DNA of 64,000 bases from a plasmid. Shown here piece by piece: positions 31,119 to 41,021 of the stretch (the first letter of the stretch is position 1; every line of letters begins with the position of its first letter). The notes beneath the pieces were generated by a model. The model had not been told where the DNA came from. It ran no database searches and saw only the letters and a program-made list of their open reading frames with translations. The stretch lies in the sequence record NZ_CP119397.1; one strand, given 5' to 3'. A program made the position numbers and the translations under genes.

Positions 31119-32030
31119 GTGCGCAATGATCTGAATGACTACCGCTACTTTGCGGAGGTGGTGGCGCACGGCGGGTTCGCCGCCGCCGGGCGGGCATTGC
31201 AGGAGCCGAAATCCAAACTCAGCCGCCGCATCGCCAACCTGGAGACGCGCCTCGGAATACGGCTGATTGAACGTACCAGCCGCCGTTTCCGGGTCACCGA
31301 GGTGGGGCAGGCGTTTTACCTGCGCTGCCGGGCGATGTTGCTGGAGGCGGAACAGGCCGACGCGGTGATTGCCGAAACCCAGGCTGAGCCGCACGGCGTG
31401 GTGCGGTTCAGTTGCCCGACCGGCATGGTGGAGGTGGTGTCACCGCTTATCACGGCCTTTCTGCACCGTTACCCCAAAGTCAGGCTGCAACTGCTCGCGC
31501 TGGATCGTGCCGTGGATTTGATTGAGGAGCGGGTGGATGTGGCGCTGCGCATCCGCATCGCGCTGACCAGCGATGCCGAGCTGATCATGCGGTCGCTCGG
31601 GGAATCACGCCGTATTCTGGTGGCCGGTCGACAGTGGGCGAACCACGCCGGCAAGCCGATCAGCGCCCTCGCCGGCCTGCCGACCCTCGCCACCCAGGAT
31701 GAGCCGGGCGAGGTGGTGTGGGAACTGGAATCCACGGCAGGCGATACGCACACCCTGCGCCATGCCCCGCGCATGACCTGCAGTGATTTCGCGGCAGTGC
31801 GTGCGGCGGCCATTCAGGGGCTGGGCGTGGCGTTTCTGCCGGATCACAGCTGCCGTGAGGCACTGGCGCAGGGCGGGCTGATCCGCCTCTGGCCCGACTG
31901 GCACAGCCAGGCCGGGCGGGTGCACCTGGTGTTTACCACCCGCCGCGGGCTGCCCCCGGCAGTGCGGGCGTTTATCGACTGCCTCGCCGGGGGGTTCCCG
32001 GCCGGGGCGCTGAGTGACAAAGCGGGCTGA
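31119..32030 (+). CDS. LysR-family transcriptional regulator. GTG start after a GGGAGGG Shine-Dalgarno sequence. It is divergent from the SDR gene.
   Basis: HTH (YRYFAEVVAHGGFAAAGRALQEPKSKLSRRIANLE) plus a LysR substrate-binding domain. Confidence 0.8.
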   Translation: MRNDLNDYRYFAEVVAHGGFAAAGRALQEPKSKLSRRIANLETRLGIRLIERTSRRFRVTEVGQAFYLRCRAMLLEAEQADAVIAETQAEPHGVVRFSCPTGMVEVVSPLITAFLHRYPKVRLQLLALDRAVDLIEERVDVALRIRIALTSDAELIMRSLGESRRILVAGRQWANHAGKPISALAGLPTLATQDEPGEVVWELESTAGDTHTLRHAPRMTCSDFAAVRAAAIQGLGVAFLPDHSCREALAQGGLIRLWPDWHSQAGRVHLVFTTRRGLPPAVRAFIDCLAGGFPAGALSDKAG

Positions 32031-32122
32031 GTCTGAAAAGGCCTGCTTATGCGCCAACCAGCTTGCATCCCGCCTAAAAACCAGCGAAAGATAAAGCCCC
32101 CCGTTTTTGCAAGGAGACGCCC

Positions 32123-32827
32123 ATGTCTGCCCCGCTTTCGATTGGCTTTTTGCTGTTCCCCCACCTTACCCAGCTTGACCTGACCGGGCCGTATGAGGTG
32201 TTTGTGCGTGCGCCGCATACCCGCGTGCACCTGATCTGGAAAACCCGTGACCGGGTCACGGCAGACCGCGGCCTGGGCCTGCTGCCGACCACCACCTTTG
32301 CGGACTGCCCGGATCTGGATGTGCTCTGCGTGCCCGGCGGGCCGGGGCAGATTGACCTGATGGAGGATGAGGAGACGCTCGCTTTCCTGCGCCGGAAAGC
32401 GCAACAGGTGCGGCTGATTACCTCGGTCTGTACCGGCTCGCTGGTGCTGGGCGCGGCCGGGCTGTTGCAGGGCTACCGCGCTACCAGCCACTGGGCGTCG
32501 CTGGACCAGCTCGCGCTGCTGGGGGCCGAGCCGGTGGCGGAACGCGTGGTGCATGACCGCAACCGCATCACCGGCGCAGGCGTGACTTCCGGCATCGATT
32601 TTGCGCTGCATGTGGTGGCGGAAATCTATGGCGCGGAAGCGGCCCAGCTGATCCAGCTGCATATGGAGTATGACCCGGCCCCGCCCTTCTCCGCCGGTTC
32701 TCCGCGCAGCGCCTCCCCGGCCCTGCTGGACGCCGCCCGTGCACAGAGCGCGGCCTTTGTGGCAAAACGCCGCGCCGTCACGGAACGCGCCGCGGCCGCC
32801 CTGCACCGTTCAGACAAGGAGCCGTAA
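32123..32827 (+). CDS. DJ-1/PfpI (ThiJ) family protein (glutamine amidotransferase-like, isonitrile-hydratase-like).
   Basis: Nucleophile-elbow Cys (SVCTGSLVLGAAGLL) in a DJ-1 fold. Confidence 0.8.
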   Translation: MSAPLSIGFLLFPHLTQLDLTGPYEVFVRAPHTRVHLIWKTRDRVTADRGLGLLPTTTFADCPDLDVLCVPGGPGQIDLMEDEETLAFLRRKAQQVRLITSVCTGSLVLGAAGLLQGYRATSHWASLDQLALLGAEPVAERVVHDRNRITGAGVTSGIDFALHVVAEIYGAEAAQLIQLHMEYDPAPPFSAGSPRSASPALLDAARAQSAAFVAKRRAVTERAAAALHRSDKEP

Positions 32828-32843
32828 GGCCCGGCGTGACGGT

Positions 32844-33137
32844 TTAGAGCAGGTGGCGCAGCAGCCCGGTGGCCACCACGCTGATGACCACCACCGGCAG
32901 CAGCGAAAAGCGCATTGCGGCCAGCAGGGTGATCGCCAGCGCCAGGATCTCAGCAGGCTCGCGGGTGACGAAATGCGGGGCGATCACCGTGATCAGCACG
33001 CAGCCCGGCGCGGCTTCCATCACGGCGCGGGTGCGCGGGCCAAGCGTACGGTCACGCAGCAGCAGGTAGCCGCCAATCCGCGTCAGGTAGGTGCTGACAG
33101 CCATCAGCAGGATGGTCAGAATCGTCGTGGCGCTCAT
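32844..33137 (-). CDS. azlD: AzlD-family branched-chain amino acid exporter small subunit. Start at the internal ATG (MSATTILTILL...).
   Basis: ~97-aa hydrophobic protein whose start overlaps the azlC stop (ATGA). Confidence 0.7.
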   Translation of the reverse strand: MSATTILTILLMAVSTYLTRIGGYLLLRDRTLGPRTRAVMEAAPGCVLITVIAPHFVTREPAEILALAITLLAAMRFSLLPVVVISVVATGLLRHLL

Positions 33138-33865
33138 GCTTTTTTCCCCACCAGCAGAATGGCGGCGATGCCGCTGAGCGCCCCGGCCGGCACATAGTAG
33201 GCCGTACCGGGAAAGAGGTGCCAGGTGATCCCGGCGCTCACCAGGCTGACCAGCCACGGCAGCGCCGCACGGGTGCCGCGCCACATGCCTTTGAGCAGCA
33301 CCAGAAACACCGCCGGGAACGCCATATCAAACCCAAAGCGGGTGATGTCCCCCAGCAGCGGGCCGACCAGCACGCCGCACCCGGTGGAAAAGACCCAGAG
33401 CAGCCAGAGCGCACCCGCCACCCCGGCATAAAAGCCCATGCTCAGCGCCGGGGCCAGCCCGCGGGCGCGGCGATCCAGGGCGTCCGCCATACCCATCGCC
33501 CAGCACTCATCACACATGAAAAACAGCGCCGGTAACGCCTTCCGGGCGGGAAGATGGTGCAGGTAGGGCGCGAGCGACGCCCCCATCAGCAAGTGGCGGC
33601 TGTTCACCAACAGGCTCACCAGCACAATGGTCAACAGCGGCGGCGGTGACGCCCAGAGCGCAATGGCGGCAAACTCCGAGCCACCGGCGAAGTTCAGCCC
33701 GGTCAACAGCGACAGCCCGGCCGCCGTGAACCCTTTTTGCGCGGCCTGCGCGCCGAGCAGCAGCCCGAACGGCAAGATGCCGATCATCACCGGCAGCGCG
33801 GCCACCACGCCCCGGAAGACCTCATCGGAAACGCGGGTCGCGGGTGATACCCTGATGCCTGACAT
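33134..33865 (-). CDS. azlC: AzlC-family branched-chain amino acid exporter permease.
   Basis: 243-aa polytopic membrane protein, upstream of and overlapping azlD. Confidence 0.8.
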   Translation of the reverse strand: MSGIRVSPATRVSDEVFRGVVAALPVMIGILPFGLLLGAQAAQKGFTAAGLSLLTGLNFAGGSEFAAIALWASPPPLLTIVLVSLLVNSRHLLMGASLAPYLHHLPARKALPALFFMCDECWAMGMADALDRRARGLAPALSMGFYAGVAGALWLLWVFSTGCGVLVGPLLGDITRFGFDMAFPAVFLVLLKGMWRGTRAALPWLVSLVSAGITWHLFPGTAYYVPAGALSGIAAILLVGKKA

Positions 33866-34064
33866 GGCTCCCTCCTGTTAATAATCCCGTGTGAACCCCG
33901 TGCGGGCGGATGCCCTGACGGCGACGCAGTATAGCGCAGGCGCAACATTTTTTTAACACTCAAGAGGGGGTAGACGCGGGGGGAAGCACCGCAGGGAAAG
34001 GTGAAGGGGGAAGGTAAAGGGGAAAGAAATCGCGGCAAAAGGTTGCCCTTCTGCCGCGCTACGC

Positions 34065-34817
34065 TTATTTCTCGGTGCCGAAGCCCTGTTTGATCACAGC
34101 CGGCAGCACGTTCGGGAAATAGATATGTTTATAATACCCACCCACGCTCTCACTCCAGCTGTCGCCGTCTGTGCGGCCAATGGTTGCCCAATGCTGCTGG
34201 ATTTCCTGGTTATAACGGGCGATCAGTGCCGGCATACCCTCTTTCTGATAGGTCTCTTCATGGCGGAAGGTTTCCATCGGCAGGCGCGGCTTCTGGTGCG
34301 CCGGTTCATCGACGTAGCCCAGCGCCAGGCCGACCACCGGGAAGGTCAGGGACGGCAGCGCCAGCAGGTCAATCATCTCGTCCGGGCTGCGGCGGATACC
34401 GCCAATCGGCACCACGCCCAGCCCCGCGGAGCGGGCGGCCGTCATCGCGGAGGCCAGCGCAATACCGATGTCAGTGCAGCCGGAGACCAGGCTCTCGATG
34501 CTCTGGTGGGCGATCTGCGTCTCGCCGTTCATGGCAATCGCCTGTTCACTTTTATGCATATCCAGCACAAAGGTGAGAAACACCGGCGCCTGGGCAATCC
34601 ACGGCTGGCCACCGGCGATCCCGGCAATCTGGCGGCGGCGGGCGCTGTCACGCGTCACAATCACCGACACCTGCTGGGAGTTCACCGAGGTCGGTGCACG
34701 GTATGCGGACGCAATAATCGCATCCAGGATCTCGTCAGAAATGGCAGTGTCGAGGAAACTTCTTTCACTGCGATGGCGGGTCAGGGTGTCAATAACGGAA
34801 TTCATAGTACTCTCCAC
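34065..34817 (-). CDS. NAD(P)H nitroreductase, NfsA/FRP family.
   Basis: Nitroreductase fold with the conserved LTRHRSERSF N-terminus. Confidence 0.8.
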   Translation of the reverse strand: MESTMNSVIDTLTRHRSERSFLDTAISDEILDAIIASAYRAPTSVNSQQVSVIVTRDSARRRQIAGIAGGQPWIAQAPVFLTFVLDMHKSEQAIAMNGETQIAHQSIESLVSGCTDIGIALASAMTAARSAGLGVVPIGGIRRSPDEMIDLLALPSLTFPVVGLALGYVDEPAHQKPRLPMETFRHEETYQKEGMPALIARYNQEIQQHWATIGRTDGDSWSESVGGYYKHIYFPNVLPAVIKQGFGTEK

Positions 34818-35010
34818 GGTGTCTTGCCCGTCACCCTACTATTATTCCTAGCCTGATAATTGTTTCGTTGTGCGATGGAAAACCAGATGGAAAAGCCACA
34901 TCACCGCCCGGCGGTTTCGCCCAATAAGCAGGTTATCAGCAGGTTAACTCTCGGTAACAGCCGCCGGATCGGCTACGATACCTGACCAGATCACGGAGGG
35001 AGCACGGCGG

Positions 35011-36495
35011 GTGACCAGAAAAGCAACACGGAGCGAGGTGCCGGCGCTGGGCGCGCTGGATCGGCAGGCCGGGCAACTCAGCCGCCAGTTAACGCAGGCC
35101 CTGCGGCAGGCCATCCACAACGGCAGCCTGCAACCCGGCGAGATGCTGCCCTCCACACGCAGGCTGGCGCAGGCGCTGCAACTGGCGCGCGGCACCGTCA
35201 CCGAGGCGTATGAGCAACTGGTGGCGGAGGGGTTTCTGGTGTCGCGCCGTGGCTCAGGCACCTGCGTCACCCCGCTTCAGCAGGCCGCGCCGCCGCCCGC
35301 CTGTGTTCCGCCTTGCGCCGCCCCGCCCCTGTCTGCCCAGGCGCACGCCTTTGCCCAGGCCGCCGGACGCATCGTCACCCTGCCCGCTGCGCCGTTTGCC
35401 GTCTCTGAGCCGGTCGGGGCCGCCGCGCCGGATGAGGTCTGGCGCACACTGGGCAACCGCCTGCGCAGCCGGGGCGCGGGCGCGCCCGCCGGTTACGCTG
35501 CCCCACATGGCGCGTGGCCGTTGCGTCAGGCGGTGGCGGAGTACGTGCGCACCTCCCGGTCGGTTCAGTGCTCGCCGGAACAGGTGATCATCACCGCCGG
35601 GATCCAGCAAGGGCTGGCGCTGTCTGCCCAGATCCTGCTGGACGCCGGTGACGCGGCCTGGGTGGAGGATCCGGGCTACCCCGGCATCACCGCCCTGTTT
35701 GAGAGCGCCTGCCATGACCGCCGGATGGTCCGCGTGCCGGTGGATGCCGAAGGGCTGGATGTGCAGGCCGGTCAGGCGCTCGCCCCACATGCACGGGCAG
35801 CCTTCGTGACACCGTCACACCAGTACCCGCTGGGTATGCCGATGAGCATGTCGCGCCGCAACGCCCTGATTAGCTGGGCCAGGGCGCAACAGGCGTGGAT
35901 TGTGGAAGATGATTACGACAGCGAATTCCGCTACACCGGCCACCCGTTCCCCGCGTTGCAGGGGCTTGCGCCGTCACAGGTGATTTACCTCGGCACCTTC
36001 AGCAAAATCCTGTTCCCCTCGCTGCGCCTTGGGTATGCCGTGGTGCCGGATGCGCTGATTGATGCCTTTTGCGGCGCACGGCTGCTGATGGACCGGCACC
36101 CGCCGGGGGCGGACCAGACGCTGCTGGCGGCGTTTATGGCAGAGGGGCATCTGGCGCGCCATATCCGCCGTTTACGCACGCTGTATGCGGAGAAGCATCA
36201 TGACCTGAACCGCGCGGTGGCGGAACAGATTGACCCGGCGCTGGCCTGGCTCCAGCCCTGCGATCAGGGTATGCACCGGGTGCTGTGGCTGCGGGAAAGC
36301 GATGACCGCGAGGTGCTGCCGCGGGCGCTGGCGGCCGGGGTGGCGGTGCGCGCCATCTCGCCGATGTACGCTGACGGCCGCGGCCGCAGTGGGCTGCTGC
36401 TCGGGCTGGGCGGGTATTCGCGTGAGCAGGTGGACGCCGCCGCCCGCACGCTGAACCGCATATTGCTAGCGACGCGGAACAAACCGTCAGCCTGA
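35011..36495 (+). CDS. MocR/GabR-type regulator: GntR HTH fused to a PLP-dependent aminotransferase-like domain.
   Basis: N-terminal GntR HTH (STRRLAQALQLARGTVTEAYEQLVAEGFLVSRRGSGT), a long linker, and an aminotransferase class I/II domain with the SFSKILFPSLRLGY PLP-Lys region. Confidence 0.8.
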   Translation: MTRKATRSEVPALGALDRQAGQLSRQLTQALRQAIHNGSLQPGEMLPSTRRLAQALQLARGTVTEAYEQLVAEGFLVSRRGSGTCVTPLQQAAPPPACVPPCAAPPLSAQAHAFAQAAGRIVTLPAAPFAVSEPVGAAAPDEVWRTLGNRLRSRGAGAPAGYAAPHGAWPLRQAVAEYVRTSRSVQCSPEQVIITAGIQQGLALSAQILLDAGDAAWVEDPGYPGITALFESACHDRRMVRVPVDAEGLDVQAGQALAPHARAAFVTPSHQYPLGMPMSMSRRNALISWARAQQAWIVEDDYDSEFRYTGHPFPALQGLAPSQVIYLGTFSKILFPSLRLGYAVVPDALIDAFCGARLLMDRHPPGADQTLLAAFMAEGHLARHIRRLRTLYAEKHHDLNRAVAEQIDPALAWLQPCDQGMHRVLWLRESDDREVLPRALAAGVAVRAISPMYADGRGRSGLLLGLGGYSREQVDAAARTLNRILLATRNKPSA

Positions 36496-37362
36496 GCAGC
36501 GTCTGGCGGTGAGCACGCAGGCCATCACCCCGGCCATCACCGCGATCATCGCCGGTTCAACCGCCTCGTGCAGCAACCACCCGGCCAGCGCCAGCCCGAA
36601 GAAGGGTTGCAGCAACTGCAACTGGCCAACGGCGGCAATCCCGCCCTGCGCCAGCCCGCGATACCAGAAAATAAAGCCTATCCACATGCTGAACAGCGAC
36701 ACATAACCCAGCGCTGCCCAGGCTTCACCCCCCGCCGGGGGCCAGCCGGCGGGCGCGGTCACCAGCATCAGCAATAAGGCAAACGGCAGGGCGAACACCA
36801 GCGCCCAGGAGATCACCTGCCAGCCGCCGAGTGTGCGCGACAGCACCGCCCCTTCGGCGTAGCCCAGGCCGCACAGCACTATCGCCGCCACCATCAGCAG
36901 ATCCCCTGATGACAGCCCGCCCACGCCCTGACGCAGCGCAAAGCCCGTCACCAGCGCCGCCCCCAGCGCGGAGAAGAGCCAGAACGCCGGTCGCGGCCGC
37001 TCACCGCCGCGCAGCACGCCAAACAGGGCTGTGGCCAGCGGCAGCAGGCCGATGTAGACCAGTGAATGGGCCGAGGTGGTGTGTTGCAGTGCCAATGCCG
37101 TCAGCAGCGGAAACCCCACCACCACCCCGGCGGCGACCGTGGCCAGCGGCAGCCATTGCGCCCGCTGCGGCGCGCGCTGGCGCAACAGCAGCAGCGCCGG
37201 GCCGGCCAGCAGTGCGGCAATCACCGCCCTGGCGGCCGTCAGGAACAGCGGGTCAAACGCCAGCACCGCCAGCCGCGTGGCCGGCAGCGACCCGCTGAAG
37301 ATCAGCATTCCGATGAAACCATACAGCCACCCCTGCGCCACCCGTGCTGCGTTATCCGCCAT
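36487..37362 (-). CDS. DMT-superfamily (EamA) transporter. Start at the internal ATG (MADNAARVAQGWLYGFIGMLIFSGSLPATRLAV...).
   Basis: Ten TM helices in two EamA repeats. Confidence 0.75.
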   Translation of the reverse strand: MADNAARVAQGWLYGFIGMLIFSGSLPATRLAVLAFDPLFLTAARAVIAALLAGPALLLLRQRAPQRAQWLPLATVAAGVVVGFPLLTALALQHTTSAHSLVYIGLLPLATALFGVLRGGERPRPAFWLFSALGAALVTGFALRQGVGGLSSGDLLMVAAIVLCGLGYAEGAVLSRTLGGWQVISWALVFALPFALLLMLVTAPAGWPPAGGEAWAALGYVSLFSMWIGFIFWYRGLAQGGIAAVGQLQLLQPFFGLALAGWLLHEAVEPAMIAVMAGVMACVLTARRCSG

Positions 37363-37541
37363 ACCGTTCCCCACGCCATAAATGAAAATGTCCTGTGTCT
37401 CGCTGCCATTCTGGCGCGCCTGACGGCACAGCGTCAGAGCCACTTTGCAGGGATTTCAGTGGGCCACTTTGCCGGGGGAGATTGAGCCGGGCGGGCAAAC
37501 CGGTTAGGGTGGGAAACCCTTCAGACCATGGAACGCTGCGC

Positions 37542-38069
37542 ATGGACACGTTGCTGACACCCCGTTTTACCCTGACCCGGCTGGCTGAACATGACTGGCC
37601 TTTTTTCCTGCAACTGCGGCAGGACAGCGCGATCATGCGTTATATGGCAGAGATTATTCCGGAGGCGGAAACACGAGCGTTATTTGAACAACGTTTGCAG
37701 CCCTGGGCACCGGGCGCGCCGCACCCGCTGGATTTTATTATCCGGGCGCACGGCAGTGACACGCCGCTGGGGAATATTGGGCTACGTCACGGTGATGAGG
37801 GGCCGCACGTCGCGGAAGTCGGGTATACGGTCGCAGTGGCTGCCCAGGGGCGCGGCATTGCCGGTGAGGCATTGCAGGCAGTGTGTGACTTTGCCTTCCG
37901 GCAGGTGGGCATCCGTACCCTGAAAGCGGTGATCGTGGCGGAAAACGCGGCCTCGGCCAGGGTACTGGAGAAAAATGGGTTCCGGCGTGTGGCGGTGCTG
38001 AAAGCCAGCTACACCCTGCGGGGGCAGACCTATGATGACTGGGTTTATCAGCGGGTACAGGAAGGGTGA
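37542..38069 (+). CDS. GNAT-family N-acetyltransferase (RimJ/RimL-like).
   Basis: Acetyl-CoA-binding motif QGRGIAGEALQAVCDFAF. Start at the internal ATG. Confidence 0.75.
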   Translation: MDTLLTPRFTLTRLAEHDWPFFLQLRQDSAIMRYMAEIIPEAETRALFEQRLQPWAPGAPHPLDFIIRAHGSDTPLGNIGLRHGDEGPHVAEVGYTVAVAAQGRGIAGEALQAVCDFAFRQVGIRTLKAVIVAENAASARVLEKNGFRRVAVLKASYTLRGQTYDDWVYQRVQEG

Positions 38070-38182
38070 TGCCCACGGCTGAGGGTATGCGGTACCCTGC
38101 AAAAAAACAGGGGCAGAAGCGCCAACACCGGCGCGGCTGCCCCATCGACAGAAAAGGTCGTCATGGCCCGGCAGGCCACGGC

Positions 38183-38395
38183 TTACGCCTCTTCCGTCAC
38201 GATCACGAATGCCCCGGTTTCTTTCTTCACTTCCGCGCCGGCATCTGCACAGGCAGAGGCGAGCCGGAAAAATTCATCACTGCCAATATTCCAGTCGAGC
38301 CGGATATAGCGGTGTTGCCCGGAATGCAGCATCTCAAGTGCTTCATTGACACCCTCGGCCGATGCGCCATTCCCTGAAGTCTTCAGTTCTGTCAT
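38183..38395 (-). CDS. Hypothetical 70-aa protein, distal gene of a two-gene overlapping operon.
   Basis: A 4-nt overlap (ATGA) with the upstream 99-aa gene. I recognise no family. Confidence 0.4.
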   Translation of the reverse strand: MTELKTSGNGASAEGVNEALEMLHSGQHRYIRLDWNIGSDEFFRLASACADAGAEVKKETGAFVIVTEEA

Positions 38396-38691
38396 TTTTT
38401 CTTCCTGAGCAACTTTCTCAGCCCCCGCAGTTCTTTGGCAGAGAGCGGTGGCTCAGCAGAGGTGTTCTCCGCCGGGGCGCTGCCCGCCTCAATGGTCTCT
38501 TCCACGTTGTCCTGATATTCGGTGCCGTCCACCTCATCAGCGCTCGGTGCGGTGCCGCTGAGCGCCTCGTCCAGCAGGGCGGCCGTTAACTGGCTCAGGC
38601 TGAGGCTTTTCTCTTCTGCCTCTGTTTTGAGCTTCTCTTTTAACTCAATCGGTATCTTAACGGTCAGACTGGTGATTTCACTCATGTACAA
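38392..38691 (-). CDS. Hypothetical 99-aa protein with an N-terminal ribbon-helix-helix-like segment (SLTVKIPIELKEKLKTEAEEKSLSLSQLTAALLDEAL), an acidic disordered centre and a basic tail (RKLLRKKK).
   Basis: RHH-like pattern at the N-terminus. The gene is translationally coupled to the downstream 70-aa gene. Confidence 0.45.
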   Translation of the reverse strand: MYMSEITSLTVKIPIELKEKLKTEAEEKSLSLSQLTAALLDEALSGTAPSADEVDGTEYQDNVEETIEAGSAPAENTSAEPPLSAKELRGLRKLLRKKK

Positions 38692-38901
38692 CTCCGTAAC
38701 ATTAAATTAAATGACAGCAACAATGATGAAAACAAACCGGCAACGTGCCGCTAACAGTGTAAACGATTACCGCAATCGATAGCGTATCTATAAGAAAAAT
38801 CAGAGTGATCCCCTGTGCAAAGGGCACGAAAAAAGGCAGGGCGAGGGGGAAAACACGAAAGGTGGGCGCGGAAAAGGGCGGTTTCCGCGCAGGGCACGCG
38901 G

Positions 38902-39186
38902 TCAGAGGCCATCCACAATGGTGATCATCGCGTCAGCGACGCCGGCGCGCCTGGCCCGTGCCTGCTGGTACGCCTCTGAGTGGTAACAGGCCAGCGCCGT
39001 GGGGTAATCGTCAAATTCAATCACCACATGTTTGATGAAGGCTGCCCCTTCCAACGTTTCAGCCTGGCCGCCCCGCGCCAAGAAGCGGGCGTTAAACTGG
39101 CGGAATGCGTCGGGGGCCAGCGCCATATAGTGCTGATACTGTACGGGATCATGAACGGTGACGTGGGCAATCCAGTAGGCGGGCAT
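38902..39186 (-). CDS. DUF1330-family protein.
   Basis: 94 aa, MPAYWIAHVTVHDPVQYQHYMALAP... with the characteristic DUF1330 pattern. Confidence 0.7.
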   Translation of the reverse strand: MPAYWIAHVTVHDPVQYQHYMALAPDAFRQFNARFLARGGQAETLEGAAFIKHVVIEFDDYPTALACYHSEAYQQARARRAGVADAMITIVDGL

Positions 39187-39190
39187 CGGG

Positions 39191-39868
39191 TTACTCCTGC
39201 TCAGTTAAAATGCGTTTCGCCAGTTCAGCGGCTTCCGTGAGGTGGGCCAGCACCTCGTTGCGCGCCAGATCGGCGTCATTTTTATCAATCGCATCATAGA
39301 TGCGTGACATGCGCTCAAAGCCCGCGACACGGCGCTCATGGCTTTTCAGCGTCAGGGCGCGCAGGCGGCTGATGCGGCTGTTAAGCCGCTGCACAATTTC
39401 CCAGGCGATGGTGTGGTTGGCAACCTGGAAAATGGTTTCGTAAAACGCCTGGGAGGCCTCAACCCGCCGGATGTCATCATGCTCGTTGGAGGCCTCGGCG
39501 ATCTGCATCAGTTTCTGGTGCAGCACCTGTTTGTCATGCGGTTGCGCCAGCCGGGCGCAGTCGTGCGCCGCCTCCTGCTCCAGCAGCATCCGGATGGCGT
39601 AAATCTGCTCCGCCACTTGCCAGGTCAGCACCGCCACTATCGGCCCCTTTTTCGGCAGGTTCTCAATCAGCCCTTCGGCTTCCAGGTAGCGGATAACCTC
39701 CCGGACCACGCTGCGGCTGACGCCCAGCTCTTCACTGAGTGTCCGCTCCACCAGCCGGTCACCCGCTTCAAAATACCCGGCGATAATCGCCTGGCGCACT
39801 TTGGTCAGCGCCAGTTCACGCAGGGTTTGCGGGGTATTCTCTATTTTTAATGAATGGTTTGGCAGCAT
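39191..39868 (-). CDS. GntR-family regulator, FadR subfamily (HTH plus FCD effector domain). Divergent candidate regulator of the 40.4-46.9 kb operon.
   Basis: HTH (ERTLSEELGVSRSVVREVIRYLEAEGLI) plus an all-helical FCD domain. Confidence 0.85.
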   Translation of the reverse strand: MLPNHSLKIENTPQTLRELALTKVRQAIIAGYFEAGDRLVERTLSEELGVSRSVVREVIRYLEAEGLIENLPKKGPIVAVLTWQVAEQIYAIRMLLEQEAAHDCARLAQPHDKQVLHQKLMQIAEASNEHDDIRRVEASQAFYETIFQVANHTIAWEIVQRLNSRISRLRALTLKSHERRVAGFERMSRIYDAIDKNDADLARNEVLAHLTEAAELAKRILTEQE

Positions 39869-40323
39869 GGGCTTCTCTTTGATGAGCGGAATTTTTAACG
39901 TATACGTAACAATAAGGGGCGGGCGTCCGCCTCGTCCTGACCGCCTGCCGGTTAACTATTAGCACTGTTTCGCCTGCTTTGGCAATCCTGGTATGCCATA
40001 TGCCATCCGATTAACTGCATGGCGTCTTTACCGGCACCTGACGGGAAACTGCCGGAAATCCGCGTCAGTTCACAAATCTGTTATTTCGCCGGAATGCGCA
40101 AATTATCACCACCCATCCAGCCCGGCCATGTAAAATATCCAGCTGATAAATATCGACAATTATTTTACACCCTGCCTTTTTTTTCACCTTTTTCTTCCTG
40201 CACCCGTCAGCCCGGTAAACCGGTATTTCTGAAACAGCGTTGGCGGGTTAAACCCGCCTGCTGCCGGGGTTTGCCTGCTGTAGATGCCGCCCTTTTCAGA
40301 AAATTTTAAGTATTCCGTATGAT

Positions 40324-40370
40324 GGTATACCAACTTTTGACATACAACGAAGCCCGGTGCTATACCTCGT
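40324..40370 (+). promoter_or_regulatory. Candidate GntR operator (perfect palindrome TGGTATACCA, 40324-40333) abutting a sigma-70 promoter (TTGACA 40337-40342, 18 nt, TATACC) for the downstream operon.
   Basis: A GT-N-TA-N-AC type palindrome typical of GntR-family operators sits ~85 bp upstream of the first gene. Confidence 0.45.
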
Positions 40371-40418
40371 CTCACGCCACATAGAGTTAACATTTCATTT
40401 ACTTTTGGAGGTTGTTCC

Positions 40419-41021
40419 ATGCATCCGAATATCCGTAAGACACTGGTTTCCACTGAGACGATCTATTCCGACGGCGGCAAGGCAGCCGGCCAGCCGCTGG
40501 TGATGATCGCGGCCGCAGCCGTGGTGAAAAACCCGTGGGCCGGGCAAGGCTTCGTTGAAGATCTGGCGCCAAAAATCCGCGAGATGGCCCCGGTGCTGGG
40601 CGAGCTGCTGACGGCGTTGATCATCAAAGAGGCCGGGTCGGGCGAGCAGGTTCAGGCGTTCGGCAAAAGTGCCGTGGTGGGGCTGGACGGCGAACTGGAA
40701 CACGCCTCCGCGCTTATCCACACCCTGCACTTCGGCAACCATTACCGCTCGGCAGTCGAGGGGAAAAGTTACCTGGCGTTCAACAACACCCGCGGCCCGG
40801 CCAACTCCCCGATCCTGATCCCGATGATGGGCAAAAACGACGAGGGCAGCCGCGAACACTACCTGACGTTCCAGTTCAACATCAATGATGCCCCTTTCAG
40901 TGACGAAATCGTCATTGCGCTGGGCGCTGCGCTGGGCGGCAGGCCACACCACCGTATCGGCAACCGTTACCTTGACCTGAAAGAGTTAGGCCATGATCCG
41001 AAAAACCCAGCAGCTGTCTGA
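40419..41021 (+). CDS. Amino-acid-synthesis family protein (PF06684, AA_synth / DUF1185-like). Function unknown.
   Basis: 200-aa protein of the AA_synth pattern. It is the first gene of a tightly coupled operon. Confidence 0.65.
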   Translation: MHPNIRKTLVSTETIYSDGGKAAGQPLVMIAAAAVVKNPWAGQGFVEDLAPKIREMAPVLGELLTALIIKEAGSGEQVQAFGKSAVVGLDGELEHASALIHTLHFGNHYRSAVEGKSYLAFNNTRGPANSPILIPMMGKNDEGSREHYLTFQFNINDAPFSDEIVIALGAALGGRPHHRIGNRYLDLKELGHDPKNPAAV

